A program made the position numbers and the translations under genes. DNA of 64,000 bases from Geosiphon pyriformis uo1. Lineage: Eukaryota; Fungi; Glomeromycota. The first letter of the stretch is position 1. Every line of letters starts with the position of its first letter. Under the pieces are notes generated by a model that worked only from the letters and a program-made list of their open reading frames with translations, had not been told where the DNA came from and did no database searches. The DNA is taken from positions 434,001-498,000 of the forward strand of contig JAAOMT010000607.1 in assembly GCA_016748015.1 (NCBI GenBank). Direction: 5' to 3'. Shown here in pieces: positions 1-12,800 of this stretch.

Positions 1-718
1 TTAATAGTTCAGTGAAAATAACTTGTAGTTTGCCAAAATATAGCTTTAGTTTGCTGAAATTAGAGCAAAAAGAAAAGTGCAAGTTTAAAGACTAGTACTA
101 CAACAAGTTGTATAAAAGAAAAGCTTCTTTTTTCAAGAAAATGTATTTTTTCCATATTTTATCATAGTATCTTACTTTAGATATCTTAATTGAAACAAAT
201 CACTTTTTACAAAATCAAATAAAAATTAAAATATTCAAAAACCAAATTCTTAAATTATTATATTTGAAATTCTCTCAACACAACTAATGTTTTGAAATTG
301 ATTAGCTACCAATTTCAATAAACTGTTAGTGACTCCAGATCTGAATAGAAAACGTTTCCCTTAACAAAATTCTATTTCTTTTATTTTTCTTTTCTTTTTT
401 TATCATAATCATTAGAATAGTCTATAGATAAGATTCCTGTAGAAGAGTTGACTTTTACAGCTAAGTAATTACAAATTTTTAGTGAGCTTTCAGATGAGCA
501 ATTCCTGAAAAAGAGTTGATGTTTACTACAATGTAACTACATAAAGTAACTGGCACAGAATTGGCCATTTCACTTATAAGCTCAGCAGTTCAAATTATAG
601 GAGATAATTTGAAGATAAATTCAGTTACTGGAGGTTCAACTACTTCCTGAAAACGTGAATTCACAGCAAACAAACATTAACAACATTTGAGAAAAGAGAC
701 CAAAAACCTCTGGTAACA
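1..718 (+). repeat. 5' LTR of element A (left end probably outside window)
   Basis: Non-coding stretch ending GGTAACA immediately before TT-TGGTGCTC, the same LTR/PBS junction as in B, C, E and F. No partner LTR in the window. Confidence 0.65.
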
Positions 719-720
719 TT

Positions 721-736
721 TGGTGCTCTTCTACAG
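721..736 (+). promoter_or_regulatory. Primer binding site of element A
   Basis: TGGTGCTC.. is complementary to a tRNA 3' end (..GAGCACCA) and lies 2 nt after the LTR end. Confidence 0.7.
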
Positions 737-763
737 AAACAACACAGCAATAACAATTTCAAA

Positions 764-3700
764 GTGGCAACCACACCAGAGACAGCAACTCTAGAGTATT
801 ACCAGTCAATTTACACCCATTGCAAGCAAAGATTTGACATTTCAGATGGAATTGAAATTGTTAAAAGAACACTTTACCTGTATATTGAAAACTACATTAA
901 CAATTATCTTCTTGGAAATTACAACATTTCAGAAGTTAGAAGCAATCTCTACAATAATTTAGTACACTATTTACAATTGGGAATTGAAAATCTTAACATC
1001 AACTTCCAAAAACTCAATTTCAACATTATCCAGTATTGTGAAAAAAATTATCCAGTATAGTCTAAATACTCTATTAACTTTGAATTGGAAACAGAAACAA
1101 ACAACAAAAGCAAACAAAAACTAAAGCAACATTCAAGTACTACTCTAAACATTCCAAGGGCACCAAAGATAACTGCCAAACACTTGCAAACTCCAGAACA
1201 AAGAACCAGCACCAAACTTCCACTTTCAGTCACCTCATTTCCAATTTTATTTGCTCAACCACAGACACCAAACTCATTTCTTATTTAATTTTCAAGACCA
1301 GAAGATTTCACTTTACCAAAAAGCCTTATTCAACAGCAGAAACCAATATCAACTAGCACCAATATTATTGATTACTTACAGGAAAACGAAAATAATTATT
1401 CAGAAAGCTTAGAAAGTGAAGAAACTGAGTCAAAACAAGAAAAAACCTCTAAAAATAAAGAAGAAATGGCAATTGCTTATATTGCAAAAATTCCTGAATT
1501 CATTGATAAAGACAATAATACCAGTTCACAAGAATGGCTTGATAAAGTCCAGAAAGCAGGAGATGCAAATGGATGGAATACAGCAAGAATGTTAAAAACT
1601 ATTCCATACTTTCTCCAAGGAACAACAGAAGAATAGTTTGAGAACTTAACTGAACTCTTTGAAAACTGGCAAGCATTCAAAAATGTTTTCTTGCAACAAT
1701 TTACTGACAACAACATCTCTATCACTCTTTGAAATCGCTTTTGCAATATTAAACAAGAACCCAGTAAATCAGTTATAACCTACTTAGAAAAGTTCAACAA
1801 ACTTCTTAGAAGAATTCACCAATTAGAAACCAATAAATACTATTCGGATGCCCAAATTTTGAATCAATTTATTGCTGGTTTAAAAGACAAACTCATTAAG
1901 AAAGTTTGTCTACATGCTCCAAAAGATCTAACCACTGCCATTTGACATGCAAAGAACTATAAAATGGCAATGGAAGAAGCAAACCACACCAAACTTGTGA
2001 ATCTTGCTATTAGAAAAACCAGCTCAACAGCTAAAAAAAGATAGACCAATTCACAAAGAAGGTTGAAAATTACTTTATAAACCAACAACAACAATAGCAA
2101 CAATCACCAAGATATTAACCACCACAATGATGAAACCAAAACAACTTTGGACTACCATCCAACAACCAACTTCAAAATTGTCATTATTGTGGAATCTCAG
2201 GACACTGGAAATGAGATTGCAAGAAATTGCAAAGAGACCAACAAAATGGGAGTAATCAATGTTATTCTTTACTACAACAATCTTACTATCAACCTCTATC
2301 ACTAACTTATTATTCACTAAGACCACAAAATCAGAACAGTTACTACTAATCAACTCCACAACCAATGCAGCAACAATATTAGCAATCTTTACCAATTCAG
2401 CAATATCAAACACCACCTACTTAACAATATCAAGTACCAGCCAGAAGATTGGTCCAACAAAACCAATTCACACCTCAAAATTAATTTTAGAATAATAACA
2501 ACAGAATCAATTCAAACAACCAGTTGGTTTCCCGAAATTCTGGTCAACAAAGACCCAATATCTACCACATTCAACCTAGTTATCTTATAATGCCAAAAAA
2601 ATCGAATTTTCAACAAACTGCACTTTCTGAAGATAAAGCTGTAGCACCAAGATCAAACTCTTCTAACAATACAATTTCATCAGCTCAAATTGCCCAAAAC
2701 ACCAATCTGTCAGATATATTCCCATTTGAATTTGAAGCAAATGAATCACTCTTCTTGCTTAGCAATGCAGCAGTTAATGAACAAAAAGCTATTACTGTCA
2801 TGTATACTGAAGCTACAGTAGAAGAAAAGCTCATTCAATTAATTCTAGACAGTAGATCCACTGGAAGTATTATCACCTACCAATTAATACAGCAACTCAA
2901 ATAAACTATAATTGTTACAGCTAATGACATGAAAAAAACCCCAATAGAAAAAATTAATAACTTCCTATTTACCATTGATAAAATCACTATTCCAGTCAAA
3001 GTTCTAGTCATGGATGCATCCTAATACCAAGCTCTGGTCAGAAATAATTGGCTTCTCAAAGCCAATGCAAACTTAGACTGGAAAACTCAAGAACTTAAAA
3101 TTTCATACCAAGGACAATACACCATAGTACTTGCTACTTGTGGCACTTTCAACAAATGATCAGAAAAAACCCCAGTGTTTGAATTTGAGAAGGAGAAGAA
3201 AATACCACTTACTGAAACTTACATGATTCTTGGATCAACATCCAATTGGGCTGGAGAAATGGAATAAGAGATTTTTGAAGAATCCAGAGGATGAAAAAAA
3301 GTTAGATACTCCACACCATAACCATAAAAAGAACCATCATATATTCCACTAAAATACAAAGACTGCAAGAAAAAGCTTTCATTTATGGAAGTCTGTATTT
3401 TCCCAGAAGAGAAATATGAAACTCACACCTGCTATTTTTGCAAAACATGCCATAGAGAACGATTTGGATTCCCAAAAAGAAGTGAAAAATGGGACAACAT
3501 ATCTTGCCTTACATGTAGAAATATATTACCAGAAAAATACAACTGGATTGATGTTGCAATAAAAGAAAAAGTATGTGATTAAACCTGCCAATATGCCTTA
3601 TCAATTTCGAAAAAAGTCAGAAGAAGAACTCCATTTAATGCAGTATACAACAGTGCTTTCAACAAACTCTACCACTACCCTTATGATGCTAAAATGATCT

Positions 3701-4429
3701 TTGATCTAGCAATGGCTTTAATTAATAGAGCCACACAAGAAGATGTACACCAAATAAAAAAAGCTGAATACAATAAGTATACTATGAAATTAGCTGGATT
3801 TGATTATGAAGATGAAGTAGAAACCTATCACCAAATTGCAAGTCATATATATCCAACCAAAGAAGCTTAAATTCAACAATTAGAGCAAATGAACATTCAG
3901 TTATGTGAAGAATGTATTATGCCCTGTGATGACCAAAAGTGTTTAGAATGCTATGCTTTTAGCATTCCCTTGCTAGATAAGAATGATGAAAATGAAATCA
4001 AATTTGGAGTATCTGAATTGGTAAAAAACCTACCAACCACCCTTATTTATCTTTTTGAAAATTAACCACTCCTACAACTTAAATATTTCGACAACCATGG
4101 CCAAAGAATTAGACCAAAAAAAGCACATAAGATTGATGCTGAATATGATCTAAGATATTCAGGAAAAGATACTTTGATTCTCCAACCCAAGTCATTAACA
4201 AAAATCAACTTCAAAATTGCTTTTGAAATTTTACCTGAAGCAATAGTTCAAATTGCATTCAGATTATTATTGACAAGCAAAGGAATCAACATTAAAGGAA
4301 GAGTTATAGATACAGAATATATTAGAGACATTACTATTATGCTACAGAATGAAACTGAAAAACCATTCAAAATTGAGCATGCAAAAGAAATTGCTCAAGC
4401 AATTTATCTACCCTTAATCAACATTTTGG
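764..4429 (+). pseudogene. gag-pol: Element A ORF1, 5' part: N-terminal helical domain, capsid, CCHC knuckle, aspartic protease, Cys-rich insert, dUTPase motifs 1-4
   Basis: GTG start at 764; MAIAYIAKIPEF capsid start ~1467; CHYCGISGHWKxDC at 2179; LILDSRS protease ~2840; CKTC/CLTC; DAEYDL, GRVIDTEY and IAQAI dUTPase motifs; many nonsense codons. Confidence 0.85.
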
Positions 4430-5302
4430 TATTACAGGTGATTATTTCTGCTGTTGAATTAAATAATAAACCCATAACTTGGTGCTTAAAAGCTACTTCC
4501 GTTGATGATGTTTGGTAAGTGTTGTATCTGAAGGTTTTGATGAAGTTCTTTGTATAATGGACAGAGATTCAATAGTGTCGATAGTAGATGTATCTTTCCA
4601 AAAGTTTTCCCAATTTCTTTCTTAGCATGGTAGTCAGATTTAGTCTGGCAGTTGTGCTCTTTTGGTAAGCTATCCGATAATATATAAAATCCTATCCTTA
4701 TTTCTGGGTCTTTTACCAGGCTATCCTTGACGTCAATAACTCAGCACTTAAGCTTTTAATCAATTAGTATACCACAATAGAATCAAAGAAGAACGAAAAT
4801 AAAATAAAAAAAATAAAATAAAGAGAAATAGAGAAATTAAGCCAAGGCAATTTGGTACGTTAGTATCTTGTCAATAGCCATGATCAAGAGCTATTGTTCC
4901 AATGTGGTTAAGTATTAATTATTATTAACATGAAGTATTGATAGGGAGGAGTGGATTGTGATATAAAATAATTATTTATTTGATGATTGTGTTTCTGAGC
5001 TAAGGATTCTGTCATATCAATTCTGTCTTTTCTGTTTCTACCTCTACTACTATATATACATAATTGAGATTCCTTAATTCCTCGATTCTTCACAACAGAA
5101 ATCCTGGAATTCCTGAAATCCTGCAATGCCTATGCAAGGAATCCTGGAATTCTGGAATCCTGCAATTTCTTGTCAGGGAATCCTGAAATTCCTGGAATCC
5201 TGCAATTTCTAAGAGAAATCCTGGAATTCCACATTTTACTATGCCTACTTCTGATTGGCTAATAATCATGCTAATATATTTCCTATATTTCTATGAGTAA
5301 TA
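4430..5302 (-). repeat. 3' LTR of element B
   Basis: Near-colinear copy of 22861-23712; termini mutated to TA..TA; internal GGAATCCTGGAATTC-type repeat array at ~5097-5230. Confidence 0.95.
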
Positions 5303-5317
5303 TTATTCCCTCCTTTT
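5303..5317 (-). promoter_or_regulatory. Polypurine tract of element B
   Basis: Minus-strand AAAAGGAGGGAATAA directly abuts the 3' LTR. Confidence 0.85.
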
Positions 5318-5945
5318 AATATTGAGCTCTGTCGAAATCCAACCCATTTAATTCTCTCTCTTGAAGTATTTCCTAAATTTTGTTTTCGAGAATTACTTGT
5401 GTTATTTGGGTTTGTAATTCTTCAAATTGAGCATTGGTGATCTTTTCCAATTGATTATTGATAACCATATCCATTGTTTTGCTGAGCAATATTTCTGGTC
5501 TATTCTGAAATACTGTGTGTATTCAGTATATGGCTTGGGCCTGTGTAGATAAGTTGTTTTTTCCCATAAAATGTTCTAATTGTTGTAGTATTCTTTTGTC
5601 GAATAATCACTTTGTTTTATCCGTATATAAATTCTGGATATTTACATGTTGTTCCAAGTAAAAATAACAATAGTTTTATGAAAATTGTTGTATCCACCAA
5701 TTTCAAGTTTTTTTAGTCAACTCTTGATATAGTGACTCTTTTGTCGACTCTTTTATTGCTAATTTTACTTTCACAATGATTTTGTCCACAGTTTTTTCCG
5801 TTTTTTTCTGTGTTCTGAGTTGCAATGTCTTTCTTGTATCTTGATATTGAATGGTTTGTTAATTGATTGTAATCTCTATTTCCTGGTGTTGGATTAATTG
5901 AAAGAGTTGTTGTGCTAGCAAGTGAATGTTGTCTGTAATTTCTAT
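5316..5945 (-). pseudogene. Element B ORF3, unknown ~210-aa protein at the env position
   Basis: Reconstructed frame (one frameshift; stops all explicable as C>T): (M)EITDNIHLLAQQLFQLIQHQEIEITIN...NYCYFYLEQH...AQAIYxIHTVFQNRPEILL...ITNAQFEELQ...FDRAQY*. The N-terminus resembles element C ORF 13517. Confidence 0.6.
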
Positions 5946-5999
5946 TTTTCTGATATTTTCTGTCACATCTACTATGTCTTTATATATTCTTTTAATGGA

Positions 6000-7382
6000 T
6001 CAATTTAACGTGTTGTTGTTGATAATAACGATTGGTTCCAGATTTCGTAGAATTTCATTTGGTTGGACTAGTATTCTCTGTACTCCTAATTGTAGAATAT
6101 TACTGGTAGATGGTAGTGTGATGTTGTGATATGGTTTCAGTTGATCTCCATGTGCTGCTTTGGTTAAAATTTTGTTATCCAATCTTAATTTGTAGGCTCT
6201 ATTTCCTAGAATTTCTTCTATGTGAAATGGTCCATCCCATTTGGGGTCAAATTTTCTACTCCATTGTTTTTCCGCTTTGGTATGATGTAGTAATACTTTG
6301 TCTTCAATCTTGAATTCAATTGGTTTGTTTGGTAGTTGACTATTGTGTCTTTCTTTCTGTTTTTCTTGTGACTTTTGAATATTATCAGCTGCTTTTCTTT
6401 GTTTGTTTTTCAATGTTTCCATTAAGTCATATGTTCTTCTTAGCAATGTTTTTTGAAATTTTTTTTCTGTTATTGGTTCAACTGGATATGTATTAATTTC
6501 TCTCTCTACGGGTAATGTTGCTGTTCTTCCATACACTAATTCAAATAGTGTTGCTTGTGTAGTATCTTGTTTCATTGTTCAATAAGCAAATAGTACTGAT
6601 GATATGAACAAATCTCAATTGTTCTGGTTTTCTTGGCTGAGCTTAGCTATTGCTTCACACAATGTTTTGTTGAATCTTTCTACTAATCCATTGGTTTGTG
6701 GATGGTATGGTGATGATAATGGTTTCTTGATTCCGAATCTTTGGCTCAATTTTGTTAATGTTCTGTTCACAAAATGAGTTCCTTGGTCTGATAATAATTC
6801 TTTTGGACATCTATGTTGACAAATCAAATCCTAATGAATGAATTCGGCAACAGATTCTGCATTCGCTCTTTGAATTGCTTTCGCCTCTGGCCATTTAGTA
6901 AGATAGTCCATAGCTACTGCTATATATCTGTTTCCTCTGCTGGTAATTGTTAATGGTCCGACTAAATTAATTCCAATACAGTCGAATGGTTGTTTTACTT
7001 TGATTGGTCTTAATGGTTTACTGGGTCTTATTCCTCTTCTTTACTGACAAACATCACAATTTTGAACATATTGAATGATGTCTGGGTACATTGATGACCA
7101 ATAGTATTTTTTTCTGATTCTTTCTATGGTTGCTTCTTTGTGAAAATGTCCTGCTGTTGGATTTGAGTGCATGTTAAATAATATTGTCTCTTTTTCTGGC
7201 TCTGTAATTACTCTGGTTGGTTGATCTGAATCCCTTCTATTTTTCTGATAAAGTATATTTTGGTGAGTGATAAAATATTTTGATTGTTGTTTGATACTCT
7301 TTTGTTCCATTTGAGATAAATTCTCCTTGAACTGTTAAGTGGTTATATAATGTTGAAGTTGTTGATATTTTTGTATGTTTAT
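6000..7382 (-). pseudogene. int: Element B integrase (separate ORF)
   Basis: HSNPTAGH...CDVC zinc-binding domain; LSDQGTHF and PYHPQTNGLVERFN core; WDGPFHI GPY/F motif; no chromodomain seen. Confidence 0.9.
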
Positions 7383-7443
7383 CTTTTGTTGTATTTTCGT
7401 TGGTATTGTTCTGGTTTTGTTATATTTTTGGGTTGAAATGTCC

Positions 7444-10400
7444 TTATATTTGTTTTATTCACGACAACCCATTGGTATTTCCATTGTCTTTTCCTTTTTT
7501 ATAGTGTATAGTATAAGTATATCATGATAGTGCCATTTTCTATCTGGATTGTTAGCCATTATCAAATTCTTGCTTTTGAAATGATGTTAATCCTTTATAA
7601 TCTGTGTATATATTAAACTTTTGGCTTAAATATTCATTCCACTTCATGACTGCCCAATAGATTGCTAAATGTTCTAGTTCTGGTATTCCATAGTTCTTTT
7701 CGGCTGGTGTTAGATCTTGGCTGGCATATGCTACTGGATGTTCTCTGCCGTCTGGCCCCTTCTGAGATAGTACTGCTCCCAATGCTTGGCCGGATGCATC
7801 AGTAATGATGATGAATAGTTTGTTGTGATCTGAATAGATCAGTATTGGAGCTTAAATAAGCTTTCTTTTCAGAATATCAAAAGCTTCTTGTTGATTTTCT
7901 GTCCATTCATATTTGGTATTCTTGGTTTGCAGATTATTGAGTGGTTGAGCTATTTTTGAAAAGTTCTTTATAAAGCATTGATAATAGCTCGCGAATCCTA
8001 AAAATGATTTCAATTCAGTCATATTGATTGGTACTGGAAAGTTCTTTACTATCTCTATTTTCTCTGGATTTGTTTTGATGCCGTCTTTGCTGACTATATG
8101 TCCCAAGAATTTTAGCTCTGTCTTGCCAAAGAAGCACTTTGTTGCATTTAACTTTAGTCCTGCTCTTCTTAGTCTTTCAAACACTTGTTGAAAATGATGA
8201 AGATGATCATCAAATGTTTTTGAGAATACGTTGATGCTATCCAAGTATACAACTACTGATTTCCACAATAAGTCAGTATAGACAATTTCTATTAGCTGTT
8301 GGAAAGTGGCTGGTGTATTGGTTAAACCAAATGGCATTACTTCAAATTCAAAATTTCCTTCTCTCATGGTGAATGCTGTCTTCTTTTTGTCAGCTGAGTT
8401 TATGGCCACTTGTCAGTAACTACTGTCTAAGTCTAATGTTGAGAACCATTTGTTCCCGCCAAAAGCATCAAATAATTTCTGTATCCATGGAGTTGAATAG
8501 TTGTCTCCACGAGTTACACCATTGAGTTTTCTGTAGTCCACACAAAATTGGATTTTTTCATTTTTTTTACGGATGAGTACCACTGGTGATGACCATGAGC
8601 TCATTGATGGCTGAATTAGCCCATTGTCAAGCATTCGGGTTATTTCTTAACGAATAATCTCGTGGCTGGCTGGTGGCACTCTGTATGCTCTTTGTTTAAT
8701 TGGCATTGCATCTCCAGTCTTGATCTGGTGCTGGATGATATCAGTTCGGTCAAACTCATTTTTGCTAGCAAAGATGTCATTGAACTGGTTGAACAACATC
8801 TTGAGTTGCATACATTGGAGTGGATCTAAGTTTTCCATGTTCATTTGTTCCAATTGTTCTGGTTGGAGCAAATAACATTCACTTCGTCTGTATATTGTCT
8901 GTGATGTAATATTGACATATCCACAAAGTTGTGGAAAGTCTGGAATGGAATTTGGTGGTTAATTTTCTATTTTAGTGTTTAAGTATCCAATAATGGTTCT
9001 GGCTGGTATTACTATGACATTTCCGGTGTTGTTGTAAATGGGAATTTTGATGTGGCTGTGATCTTTGGCTGGTATGTAGAGATTGATGAGTCCAACTTCT
9101 CCTAATTCACAAAGACTGGCTTCTGTTTCAAAAATTTGTGCTTGGTCTTTTTCCTTCCTTTTTATTGCTAGCATGTACTGGTTATATGGTGGAATGGAAA
9201 TAGCTTGACCAGTTGAGATAATTTCTCCTTGGCCAACAATTTTTTCTTCTGCCATATTAACTGGTATATCTATTCTACCCGTTGATCCGAATCCCTGTAT
9301 TTCTTTCACTGTTATTCTTAATTTCTCCCTCTTTCCCACTGATACTAACTGAGTTATTTTAACCAGAGACAGGAATATTACCTGTGCTATTTTTTTGTTG
9401 GGCTCTATTATATAGGCCTTTTCTGAGTCATTTTGTAGCATAGTGATAATATTTTCTACATATCCCGCATCAATTATTTCTCCTCTGATGTTTATCCTTC
9501 TTTTTACTAAACTACTCCTAGATGCTAGTTGAATCATTGTTGTTGCTGGAATTTCTAAAGCTACTTTCAGATCAATGCAGATGCATGAATGTGGTTCCAA
9601 TTTGATAGCATTTTTTCCTGGATATTTTAGATCAAATCTTGCATCAGTATCATGCATGCATTCTGGCATAATACTTTTCCCATTGTCACTATACCATTTT
9701 AACTCTTGTTCTTTGGAGAGATCTGATAGTGCAATATATTGTTCGTAGTTTAAATCGGAGTTTGAATTTGAGTTAAAATCAGTATCGTTGTTGTTGCCAT
9801 ATTGAACAGAGCTAGAACCAGTGTTTTTATTGTCATCATTGTTAGAATTTGAATTGGGATTGGAAATCAATTCCGATTCTGATGCACATCTGCTAATTGG
9901 TTCTTCCTCTTCAGAGATTGTATAGATCATGCATGGTGGTGGATTGTAAATGAGGTCATACTCATCACAATACTAAAAGTCACAGGAAATTAGGCAGTGT
10001 TGACATAGTCGAGCGTTCAACTGCTCTAACCATTGTTCTTGTTCTTCCCTTGTGGGTGCTAATTCTTGGTAGTGTTCATGGAATTGTTCCGGATCCAGGA
10101 GATTTATGATGGGTTCTGTGTCCCAGTCAAGCTCTAAAGGTTCTGAGAGATTGTCTTTGATCATTTTTATTTCCTCAAGTGACGCCTCTTCAATTTTGGT
10201 GAGTGCTATTCGCCAAATTTTGTCATCGTCATGTGGACAACTGTTCAGTCGCTGCACAGCTCTTCTCCAGGCTGCTTCTATTGGGGTTTTTTTCCTTACC
10301 CAGTTGCTTATTAGAATCGTGTATTGACACAATACATCACACGTTCCTCCATGTTCTGGGATGTCATTCCATATTCCTTCATCCAGAAGAGCTTCTCCAC

Positions 10401-11995
10401 AAGCTATACATGGTGTATTATCTCATTTTCCCACTCATTTTGGTCTTCCAAAATGTTCGATATGGCATGCGCAGCAATAAAACTTGGTTGCTGTCTGATA
10501 TTCTTTGTTGTTACTACAGCATGCACCCATTGATGACAATTTTTTGCTGCAATCAATGCATATCAGTTTGGGTCAGTGATAGGTTAATGGTTGTTGTTGA
10601 CCATAGATGTATGGGATATAAGTGTTGTTGGCTTGAGTGTTTTCTTCTTTTCTCTCTTTCCCTTTTCCTTTTTCTTCTTTGTTTTCTTCCTATTCCCAGC
10701 TTGAAGTCAGTTTGCTCTCGTCATTGTCGGTCCATGTCAAGTCATTGGTTTCTCAGGTAAGTTCTTCTTTTTGTTTTCCTTTTTCATAGTTGTTGTCGTT
10801 CCAGGAGAGTATTGGTGGCAGTTCGTTGTGTTCTTTATCAGCCCACGACACTTGGTAGGCTTCCCAAGTAGGTTTTTCTTTCTCTTCCTCCAGTTCAATC
10901 AATAGTTTCTCTTTTGGAGGAGTCTTGAAGTGGCCACACATGGCCAGTACACGTATGTGTTGGTCCTGATATGTTAACTGGAGTTCCTGGGTGTTCTAGT
11001 CTAACGTTACATTGATTTTGGATAGCCAGTCATTACCAATAAGAGCTTGGTATTGAGTGGCTTCTATCACTAAAACTTTAATGGGAGTCATGATACCATT
11101 GACTTCGAAAGGGAAGTCATTGATTTTGCTGATTGGAGTTTTGGTCACTCCATCGGCTATAATGATTCTGGCACTAGTAGCTCAATCAACTCAGCAACCT
11201 AATTGATCCATGAGCTATTATGTGATGATGCTGCCTGCTGAACTGCTATTAAGGATCAATTTGATGAATTGTCCCTCAACTTTGGTGTCAGTGTACATCA
11301 TGGTGATTAGTTTGGCTTCAAGAGTGGCTCCATTAAATAATGGCATTGCAGCTGTTTTCTCGAATTCAAATGGAAAGATAGCAGCCAAGGACTCATCTTC
11401 GGTGATGGTAGCAGATGGGATATTACTGGTGAGTGGTTGTTTTTGGGCAAATGCCAGATTATTGGTTAAGGCATCTTCTGGGGTGACCAGGAGACTTAAA
11501 TAGTTTTGGGAATTTGGGTTCCAGGTTTGACCAGTACCCGAATTCCACTGGTGTAATCCAAATGGTTGCTGTAAAGAACTGGAGATTGGTTAATGAACTA
11601 CTATTGCCGATCTCCAGCTCTGTTGAGTTATTCTCGGTCTTTGGGTTCCGTTGAGTGGTAAGCTTTGAGGTGGTGTTTGGATTTGTTGGGGTTGATAGAT
11701 TATTTGTGGCTGGGGTTGTTGATAAACCACTTGTGGCTGTGGTTAATAGATTGGAGCTTGATACATCAGAGACTGATAGATTGATGACTGCATCACTAGT
11801 AGGTAAGCGGGTTGGTTTTGATTTGGGTACTGATTCAGAGTTTGGAACCAGTGATTGGGGTTTCGATATTGATTTTCTGATTATTGGTTATTTAAACACT
11901 GGTGACAGTCAATTTGGATGTGTCCTTGTTTACCACAATAGTGGCAGATATGCATTTCCTGTTGCCACTGTTGATTGGTTGATGAAGATGGATGT
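7444..11995 (-). pseudogene. gag-pol: Element B ORF1, 3' part: CCHC knuckle, protease, Cys-rich insert, dUTPase, RT, RNase H
   Basis: CHYCGKQGHIQIDC; DTDARFDL, ASRSS, GEIIDAGYV, KIAQ and QGFGSTG dUTPase motifs; FCVDYRKLN, MPFGL and VYLD RT motifs; TDAS and PVAYAS RNase H motifs; stop at 7444-7446. Confidence 0.9.
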
Positions 11996-12217
11996 TATTA
12001 CAAGATGGTTTTCTTGTTATATTTAATTGCTGATATCCCGCTTTAATTGCAATCAGTCTTTTGTGAGTTCCTCAATTCTATTTGTGTGATAATGTTACTG
12101 TTATACTGAAGGCTTTCTTTTTACTGTTGTAATGTAAGTTATTCTTTAATTCTTGATTGTTGTGTGTGTTTATGTACTCCTTCTCAGAGGCTGAACTGAA
12201 ATCTACCCACTGTCTGG
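11996..12217 (-). repeat. 3' LTR of element C (partial, truncated by N gap)
   Basis: Matches 20258-20479 with scattered transitions. Confidence 0.9.
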
Positions 12218-12800
12218 NNNNNNNNNNNNNNNNNNNNNNNNNNNNNNNNNNNNNNNNNNNNNNNNNNNNNNNNNNNNNNNNNNNNNNNNNNNNNNNNNNN
12301 NNNNNNNNNNNNNNNNNNNNNNNNNNNNNNNNNNNNNNNNNNNNNNNNNNNNNNNNNNNNNNNNNNNNNNNNNNNNNNNNNNNNNNNNNNNNNNNNNNNN
12401 NNNNNNNNNNNNNNNNNNNNNNNNNNNNNNNNNNNNNNNNNNNNNNNNNNNNNNNNNNNNNNNNNNNNNNNNNNNNNNNNNNNNNNNNNNNNNNNNNNNN
12501 NNNNNNNNNNNNNNNNNNNNNNNNNNNNNNNNNNNNNNNNNNNNNNNNNNNNNNNNNNNNNNNNNNNNNNNNNNNNNNNNNNNNNNNNNNNNNNNNNNNN
12601 NNNNNNNNNNNNNNNNNNNNNNNNNNNNNNNNNNNNNNNNNNNNNNNNNNNNNNNNNNNNNNNNNNNNNNNNNNNNNNNNNNNNNNNNNNNNNNNNNNNN
12701 NNNNNNNNNNNNNNNNNNNNNNNNNNNNNNNNNNNNNNNNNNNNNNNNNNNNNNNNNNNNNNNNNNNNNNNNNNNNNNNNNNNNNNNNNNNNNNNNNNNN

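Noticed and set aside
4908-5126. ORF MQDFRNSRIS.. repeated at 23339-23557
   Set aside because: Lies inside the two B LTRs, has a non-ATG start, and its repetition simply reflects LTR duplication.
6000-6200. Chromodomain at the integrase C-terminus
   Set aside because: After the GPF module there is only a short tail ending EPIVII; no chromodomain motifs.
10106-12026. Plus-strand ORFs antisense to B pol (also 13532-13918, 17169-18716 and 2075-2416)
   Set aside because: Shadow frames of the retroelement ORFs; not conserved between copies and no motifs.
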